A DNA stretch of 64,000 bases from Eledone cirrhosa (lineage: Eukaryota). The stretch is taken from positions 362,452,001 to 362,516,000 of the forward strand of contig OZ024742.1 in NCBI GenBank assembly GCA_964016885.1, written 5' to 3'. This document shows positions 55,987 through 64,000 of this stretch, one piece after another. Below the pieces are notes generated by a model. The model made no database searches and was not told the DNA's origin. It saw nothing but the letters and a program-made list of their open reading frames with translations. Each line of letters opens with the position of its first letter. Positions within the stretch are counted from its first letter, which is position 1. Position numbers and translations under genes: made by a program.

Positions 55987-56242
55987 TCTGTTGATTTAAA
56001 ACTGCACTATTCACAAGTGTTTTTTAACCTTAATATCATGTCTCCCTATTTTATCTGACGAAAACGCAAATGTCATCTCATGATGATATTTGTTTTTGAA
56101 ATGCGCATAATAAAATACATGGAACTCTTTTAACCATCTTTTGATCTTATATTATTTATACTCTAGTCCTACAAACTGTAGAGTGCTACTTATCCGATAT
56201 CTGCATTGCTTTATTGTTCTACAATAAAACTCACCTCCTACA
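55987..56242 (+). mobile_element. Second copy of the hammerhead-bearing dispersed repeat
   Basis: Homologous to 26708-26978. Flanked by (TA)n-rich tracts. Confidence 0.8.
56047..56117 (+). ncRNA. Minimal type I hammerhead ribozyme
   Basis: TATTTTAT-CTGACGA-AAACGCAAATGTCATC(TCAT)GATGATATTTGTTTTT-GAAA-TGCGCA-TA-ATAAAATA. Confidence 0.78.
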
Positions 56243-56245
56243 TTA

Positions 56246-56277
<32 letters not shown>

Positions 56278-56288
56278 CATATATACAC

Positions 56289-56491
<203 letters not shown>

Positions 56492-56516
56492 CGTATATAA
56501 ACATATACATACATAT

Positions 56517-56549
<33 letters not shown>

Positions 56550-56715
56550 AATAAGTACTGATAAATATACGCATATACACAGACACATAAAAACAGCTCT
56601 ACATGCAGAAAATGCATATAGGTAAGAGGTACTCACATAACCATAGTGGCCGTATTTCAGGTTGAGGAGGGGTGGAGTGGGAAGGAGGTAGGAGGCTAAA
56701 AGGGGGACGTCGTTT

Positions 56716-58119
56716 TTAGCCATCGGGCATTAACACTGGCTTAAGGTATTTGAAAGTTGCAAAGTTCTTTTGCATACAGTTCGGGTAGTGTTCAGAGAGT
56801 TTGTTCAGTAGTGGGCCCTTGGCGAATAAAATTTCATAGCTCTCTGAGATACAAAGGTCGCAACCCTTGTGTCCTCCGATGTAAGAGCGCGCTTTCCGGA
56901 GTATTTTCCATTTAAGCGTGAAGGGGGTGGAGTTCCTTTTGAGGTCCCAAACATAGGAGGCGAATGTTGTCTGGTTTAATTTGTCCGGTCTTCTGAAGGA
57001 GTGGGTATGGGCATACCACCGGGTCTTAAATTTATTGGAAGTCATGCCGATGTAAGTATTTTTGTTATTGCAATCATCGGTGCCTGAGATGACATGGCAT
57101 TTGTATACGATATCATTTGTCAGGCATTTGTTTTCAAGTGGGCAGGCTTCCTTATTTAGGCAATTACACAAGGTCCCAGTCCGGGGATTGGGTTCGGAGG
57201 TGGTTGGCTTATTTAATTTTTTAGAATTGTGGTTGGTTATATTCCTAGATAGGTTAGATGTGGTGGAGTAGGAGAGTCTTATTGTGTTCTTATTAAAGAT
57301 GGTGTAGTACCTATGTTGTATAGGAAAGTGTGTTTTCAGCAAAGTGAAGAAAGTCCTAGCTATCGGTGTAGAGACCTCTCTATTGAAGGGAGGGTTGTAC
57401 CAGCTAATCTGCATATGCCTATTCCTCCTCTGCAAACTTGCGGTGGTTTCTAGGTAGGTTATCTTTTCTTTAAATCCGCTGCGGGCGAGGGCGTCATTGT
57501 AGTAGGAGGCAGAGGCGTTAAAAATATCTTCGTTGGCAGAGAGGCCAGAGATTCTAATAGAGTCGCCTTTTACTAAGTTATCAGTGATGTTTTTGGGGTG
57601 GTTAGAATTAACATTAATATATCTAAGGGACTCGTTAGGTTTGTGGTACGGGTAAGAGAGGGAAGTATCTAGGTCGAGAGTGACATCCAAGAAGTTGGCC
57701 CTAGTCATATTAGATTCTATAGTTATACTAAATCCTAGATTAGAGAAGAACGAGCTTAAGTTTCTCTGAAACCCATCGGTGGTTCTGGGGTTAACCTTGT
57801 GCAGGGCGAAGAGGCCGTCGTCTCGGTATAAACCTCCGGTTAGGCCGGTAAAGAGGTTCTTCAGGTGATGTAAAATGTACAAGCTCACAAGGTCGTTAAT
57901 TTCAGCCGAGTCACTCGCTCCCGTGCTGACGTCAAATGGGGTCTGAGACTTCTTGTTGATCCAGTAAGATCCATCGTGGTATAGAAAGGTCTTTCGGGCG
58001 TGGAGGATAACAACTTGTTCAGCATCGGTAATGGTGGTAAAATTCCTGGCAAAGTTAATTGCGTCCTTCAGGAGGGGCTCCGAGATAGAAACATAGTAGT
58101 TTTCTATGTCGAGTTGCAT
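56716..58119 (-). CDS. Uninterrupted 467-aa ORF of a 5'-truncated Penelope-like element (RT core + GIY-YIG)
   Basis: [41 protein letters not shown]...[26 protein letters not shown]. Truncated at ~58145 against a microsatellite. Confidence 0.92.
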   Translation of the reverse strand: MQLDIENYYVSISEPLLKDAINFARNFTTITDAEQVVILHARKTFLYHDGSYWINKKSQTPFDVSTGASDSAEINDLVSLYILHHLKNLFTGLTGGLYRDDGLFALHKVNPRTTDGFQRNLSSFFSNLGFSITIESNMTRANFLDVTLDLDTSLSYPYHKPNESLRYINVNSNHPKNITDNLVKGDSIRISGLSANEDIFNASASYYNDALARSGFKEKITYLETTASLQRRNRHMQISWYNPPFNREVSTPIARTFFTLLKTHFPIQHRYYTIFNKNTIRLSYSTTSNLSRNITNHNSKKLNKPTTSEPNPRTGTLCNCLNKEACPLENKCLTNDIVYKCHVISGTDDCNNKNTYIGMTSNKFKTRWYAHTHSFRRPDKLNQTTFASYVWDLKRNSTPFTLKWKILRKARSYIGGHKGCDLCISESYEILFAKGPLLNKLSEHYPNCMQKNFATFKYLKPVLMPDG

Positions 58120-58715
58120 GAAGCGAGTGTGGCGTTTGTCGGGTAATATATATGTGTGTGTGTGTGTGCGCGTGTGTTATATATGTAAAAGGTAAACAGA
58201 AATAACAACACAATCAGTACAGTATATGTAAAGAATATATTAGGTTAACGCTTGAAATAGCAGGAGGAGGGTTTAACGTCTCCTAAGAAAGAATAAGAAA
58301 TTAGAAAGATTGAAGTGACAGGCGGGGCGGAATTAGGAAAAATGATTTTAGAGAAAAATAACAGATCCATTGTGTTGCCAAGCAACTCTTATTTGGTCAA
58401 GTTAAAGACTCGCATTGAAAATAAGGCGACCACTACTTCGCTATAAAGACAAGGTTAGGGACAATTTTAAACATTTGAATATGAATATTAACAGCTGGGA
58501 AATCTTGACAATGATAGGAGGGTAGAAAGAAATGACATATGAAGTTTGTTATCTTTTAAGGAGAACGTATTCGTCCTCAAGACTGGTTGTATGTAAATCG
58601 AAGACACAATTATCATCAGAAACTATCAATTACTACAAGCTAACAATGTCTTCATTGCAATTTTTCACCTTGGTCAAATTTTGGGCCAAAGAGTCACCCG
58701 AGGACTCACAACGTT

Positions 58716-58930
58716 CATGGAAATTTGGGAAACTTAACATGCAGGGTGTGTAACCATCCCTGTGTAAATGCTACAGGCTTGAAATTACACATGCGTGCTC
58801 ATCAAATGGAATATCATTGGGCAAGTTTCTTTGCTGAAATTCACTAATTGGTTCCTGCCTGGGAACTGCTTTTGCTTCATTTTCTATTGAACACTCACGC
58901 GTCATTTTCGACGGGAGAGTCCACCATATA
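58716..58930 (+). pseudogene. Single C2H2 finger relic, probably the 3' end of another RTE-like element
   Basis: LTCRVCNHPCVNATGLKLHMRAH (C-x2-C-x12-H-x3-H) at ~58734-58802, similar to the RTE finger LTCSVCARLCLSKAGLESHLRSH. Confidence 0.55.
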
Positions 58931-58955
58931 CACACACAGACACACTCATATATAT

Positions 58956-59051
<96 letters not shown>

Positions 59052-59309
59052 GCAGAAGATGAGTTGCTTATACGTGGTTGTTACGCTGAGATTGATGTGG
59101 ATAAGCCGGTTCGAGCGATCTAAAAACACTTGCTGGCATCACAACTGGATGGTAATACATCACCAGTGACATATCGCCATGATTGCATAACTACACCAAT
59201 GATTGACTGAGAATCTGATGATGTCATATGCATGACCATGTAACAGAAATATATATAATGCAATAAATCAATTATGGTGCAGTAACCCAGTCTTAACTAA
59301 TATTAAATT

Positions 59310-59748
<439 letters not shown>

Positions 59749-59799
59749 AAATATAATCTTCTATACACAATCGTACACACCCTTGTATATTTCTTTCTC

Positions 59800-59951
<152 letters not shown>

Positions 59952-59998
59952 CTTCTACAGGACTAGAACTGTTTCATTCGTGACAAATCATTAGGAAG
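59952..59998 (-). ncRNA. Hammerhead motif with G5>A core mutation, inside a short inverted repeat (59947-60020)
   Basis: Minus strand: CTTC-CTAATGA-TTTG(TCA)CGAA-T-GAAA-CAG(TTCTAGTC)CTG-TA-GAAG. Confidence 0.55.
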
Positions 59999-60230
59999 TT
60001 CTAGTCCTATAGAAGCTTTTCTATATTAAAACATGTATACTCTGCTATGTATTGAGCACCTTACTTACTGTGGTTACCCCCGATTGAACCCGGAATAAGA
60101 TATATATATTAAAATAACAGATTAAAGTTTAAGCAAAGAATCGCTGTTGTCACCCTTAACAGGATCGTCTGAAATATTTATCCTTATCGAGCACTCTTTG
60201 GATTTAAGACTTAAAATGTATTATTATTAG

Positions 60231-60278
<48 letters not shown>

Positions 60279-60491
60279 ATGATATTATATAAATGGAAAC
60301 TATATTGATAAAACCATATTTATTCTATTATATATATTTCAAGGGTACCAAAACTTTCGTACGCCCTCATCGGATAAAATAAAAAGTTTGTTTTATGAAT
60401 ATTGAACATATCCAGGAATAAAATATTAACTGTTCAAGTTTTTCATGGATATATATTTATTGAATTACCAAGAAATTAAATATCCCTTTTG

Positions 60492-60586
<95 letters not shown>

Positions 60587-60769
60587 GTATATACATATAT
60601 AGATAGATAGATATATCCAAAATAGATTAATTAAATTAAATTAAAGGAGTGTCCGAGACATGCGCCATTTCCATTTTAGAATAAGCTCAAAGATTCCAAT
60701 GAATAGATCCGAGCATTTTATATCATCTTGAAATTGATTGACATATATATATATTTAAAATAAACGTCC

Positions 60770-62135
60770 AATATCCTATCATATATCTCAACACACGACC
60801 CAAGAAATGCGGAAGCTTACAACACTATTTACAAGAACATCCCACTACTGAAACAAAACCAAAGAATGAAAAAATCCCTTGAAACACACAAAATAATCAA
60901 AAGCAAAAGACAACCGAAATCACTGAAAACATTACTCACCAATGCCAATTTACCTGCCACAAACCCACAACCAAGTATCAAAAAATGTGGTGGCTCTAAT
61001 TGTGGAACCTGCACTCACCTCATTGAAGGTAACACGTATACATTTAAATCAGGACAAAATTTTACTGTAAAAAATCACTTCACATGCTCATCAAAAAATC
61101 TAATTTATGCCATTAAATGTAAAGGATGCAATGAAGATTATATAGGACAAACTAAACTCACACTCAGAAACAGAATGACAAATCATCGCCAACAATTACG
61201 AGATCCAACCACAAGACAGATACCACTAAGCGCACATCTAGACATATGCGCAAGTAATAAGACACTCAGATTCCAAGTCTTCCCATTTTACCTTTGCGCT
61301 AACAATACAACAGAAAAAATACGAATAATTAAGGAAAATATGTTTATTCAAAAATATAGACCAGCATTAAATATGGTTTAATATACATTATATCAACACC
61401 ATAACATGCTAACCATCCAAACACACATACACACACACACATAACACCTGCTACTTTAGAAAATAAAAACCCGAACTAAATAAACCTTAACATACGTTTG
61501 CGCTGACAATACAACAGAACAAATACGAAAAAGTAAGGAAATATGTTCATTCAAAAATATTCCTACTAAAGGAATAATTTTCCTACACACACACACACGC
61601 AATATATATATATATTCTCTTCATCTTAACATGTTAACCATACTCCCACACACATAACACCCATACACAACTCCCTCCCCCATTTCTACTAATATAATCA
61701 CTTTCCTACACACATATATACACAAACACAATATATATATATTCTCTCCATCTTAACATACTCCCACACACACACACACACACATAACACCCATATATAC
61801 ACACACACAACTCCCTACCCCATTTCTACTAATAGAATCATCTTCCAATACACACACACACACACACACACACACAAGCACACAAATAAACATACACATC
61901 TTTACTTTCTTTACATCAATAGAAAATCTGAATTCTGAGACCCCAGCGAACTAACCATATTCACTGAACCAGATTCTCTAAAAAGGCTACAGAATAGATT
62001 TCCAAATAAGGGCGCGAAAATTTAATGAAAACTTGTTCACGTGACAGCCATAATTTCATTTATAACCAATCAAATTAAGTTGATTAAAAAAAAAAAAAGC
62101 CTTCGTGAGCCCCCTTTTTTTAAGTAAAAAAAATT

Positions 62136-62195
<60 letters not shown>

Positions 62196-62760
62196 TAAAC
62201 ATACATATCTTTACTTTCTTTATTCAATAGAACTAACCATATTCACTGAACCAGAACAATTCTCCCATCCCATTTCTTTTGACCATTATCTTTTGCTTGT
62301 CATAAAATTCTCTAAAAAGGCTACAGAATAGATTTCCAAATAAGGGCGCAAACATTTAATGAAAACTTGTTCACGTGACAGCCATAATTTCATTTATAAC
62401 CAGTCAAATTTCGTTTATTTAAAAAAAGCCTTCGTGAGCCCTTTTTTTTAAGTAAAAAGAAATTCAAACACACATATATGAAAAAACAACCTGTGCCCCC
62501 CACCTTGTTTGAAGAACTTTGTAACGCGAACTGGCACGAAATTTATTATAATTATTGACGAACCAATCAAATTACTTCTCTAAAAACCTGGCATTTAGAG
62601 TCACTTTTATCCATATAAAACAAGTAACATTCAGAAACCAACCAGATGTGAGAAAAACCACAGACCCTGTACTTTTGAAAAGCAGATGAACTGCGAAACC
62701 GGTAAAGGAACCAAATAAATATATATATTTTAAAAAAATAAGACTCCAGTTGCATTTTCG
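60770..62760 (+). mobile_element. 5'-truncated Penelope-like element with Cys-rich linker (Neptune-like) and long repetitive 3' UTR
   Basis: ORF 60866-61381: KCGGSNCGTC, FTCSSKNLIYAIKCKGCNEDYIGQT, LRNRMTNH. 3' UTR has local duplications (~61880-62140 vs ~62190-62475). Confidence 0.85.
62672..62707 (+). ncRNA. Hammerhead relic (two core transitions) at the end of the PLE 3' UTR
   Basis: CTT-TTGAAAA-GCAG(ATGAA)CTGC-GAAA-CCGG-TA-AAG. Confidence 0.55.
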
Positions 62761-62840
62761 ATTTCATCTTTTTTTCTTTATACTTTCACTCGTGTAGGAC
62801 ACCATGGTTATTTTTCATTTTGTAAAACCTCACTTTCTAG

Positions 62841-62871
<31 letters not shown>

Positions 62872-63733
62872 GTGTGTGCGCGCGCGTGTGTGTGTGTGTG
62901 TACATGTAAAGTAGTACACCACAAAAGAAGTAGTGGTGCTGATAAGGCGATATGGTATCTGAATATTATGGCCTAGCATGACTGCAGTCTAATGACTGTA
63001 ACTAGTAAGAAAGAAGAAAACAATATGATGGTATTTATAAAAAAAGAATATATTGTATGATACCTGTGACAGGTAACTTTTAAAATAGATTAGAAATAAT
63101 TGTTACATCTATGTCCTTTTTTTCTCGGTGTTTTTTTGGGGGGTGGGGAAGTTTTGTTTTACATTTATTCTCACAATAATGACGACGACGACGTCGAGGA
63201 AAGCATCGGCAAGAAATTCTTATTAAAAGCTAATGGAAAGGAATATATATAGCCAAGAAGTATTCTTTTAGAGGGAATTAGAGAGGGAAAGGAAACAAAT
63301 ATATTTGAAAATGCCAAATATACCAACAATGATACAATTCCAATGAGAATCTTAAACAAGAAATCTCTTTCTGATTTTGTGTAATGATTCTAAAATAAAT
63401 ATATAATGAAATAAAACGCTGTTTAAGTATCGAAGCCAGGAATGGCAGATCTATATTTCTCAAAGAGATCTTTCCGACAATATTTCTGTAGAGTCAGAAA
63501 TGTATGAAACTTCGCTAAGTATACATACATCCATGACAAAAATACATACACAAACATATATGCATAGATACATACATATATACATACATATGTGCACATA
63601 CATACGGGCATATATGTGCACATACCTACATGCATATATACATACATACATATACATACATATATACACATACATACACACATATATGAACGCATACATA
63701 AATACACATACATGAATACATATATACATCCAT

Positions 63734-63765
<32 letters not shown>

Positions 63766-63865
63766 GAATATATATATATATATATATATGAATATATATA
63801 TATGTATATATATATATACGTATATACATACATATATATATATACATACGTACATACATACTTAC

Positions 63866-63915
63866 ATACATGATGGCTGCCCCCTCGTTATCGAGTATGG
63901 CCATTGCACGAGGAG
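63866..63915 (-). mobile_element. Isolated RTE 3' tail stub
   Basis: catgatggctgccccctcgttatcgagtatggccattgcacgag is near-identical to 46363-46406 and adjoins (CATA)n. Confidence 0.7.
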
Positions 63916-64000
63916 AAAATATATATATATATATTAATAAATAAATAAAAAATAAAATAAAACAAAAAAAAGAAATATATATATATATAAATAAATGTAT

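Noticed and set aside
58716-58810. Host C2H2 zinc-finger gene exon
   Set aside because: A single finger without a TGEKP linker; it resembles the RTE terminal fingers seen elsewhere in the window.
63170-63520. Possible host exon in unique sequence
   Set aside because: Stops in the candidate frames and no recognisable motif.

Overview
Eukaryotic, AT-rich, repeat-saturated DNA with no supportable host gene. The (TA)n/(CA)n density, Nin/Deu-domain tRNA-SINEs, RTE LINEs and Penelope-like elements suggest a mollusc, probably an octopod cephalopod (inference). Positions 1-25.6 kb are a 15-bp minisatellite (ACTGACATCACAACC, roughly 1,700 units) with kb-scale higher-order duplications; it runs into an (ACC)n tract and produces the giant spurious ORFs. 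Positions 30.75-33.85 kb are a second (GT)n-CACAGCTT satellite. The remainder is mostly decayed retroelements. These are a 7.2-kb rearranged Penelope-like element (PLE; RT + GIY-YIG; inverted + tandem copies), four other PLE fragments, an RTE LINE with a 647-bp internal tandem amplification, an internally deleted RTE derivative, an R4/Dong-like stub in (AAT)n, and SINEs. The most notable signal not shown by the ORF track is a dense set of type I hammerhead ribozyme motifs from several unrelated sequence families. The best-preserved are at 26832-26902, 27349-27429, 34781-34823 and 56047-56117; others are degenerate. Several sit at the inversion breakpoints of small fold-back elements. All folds were read by eye, not computed.
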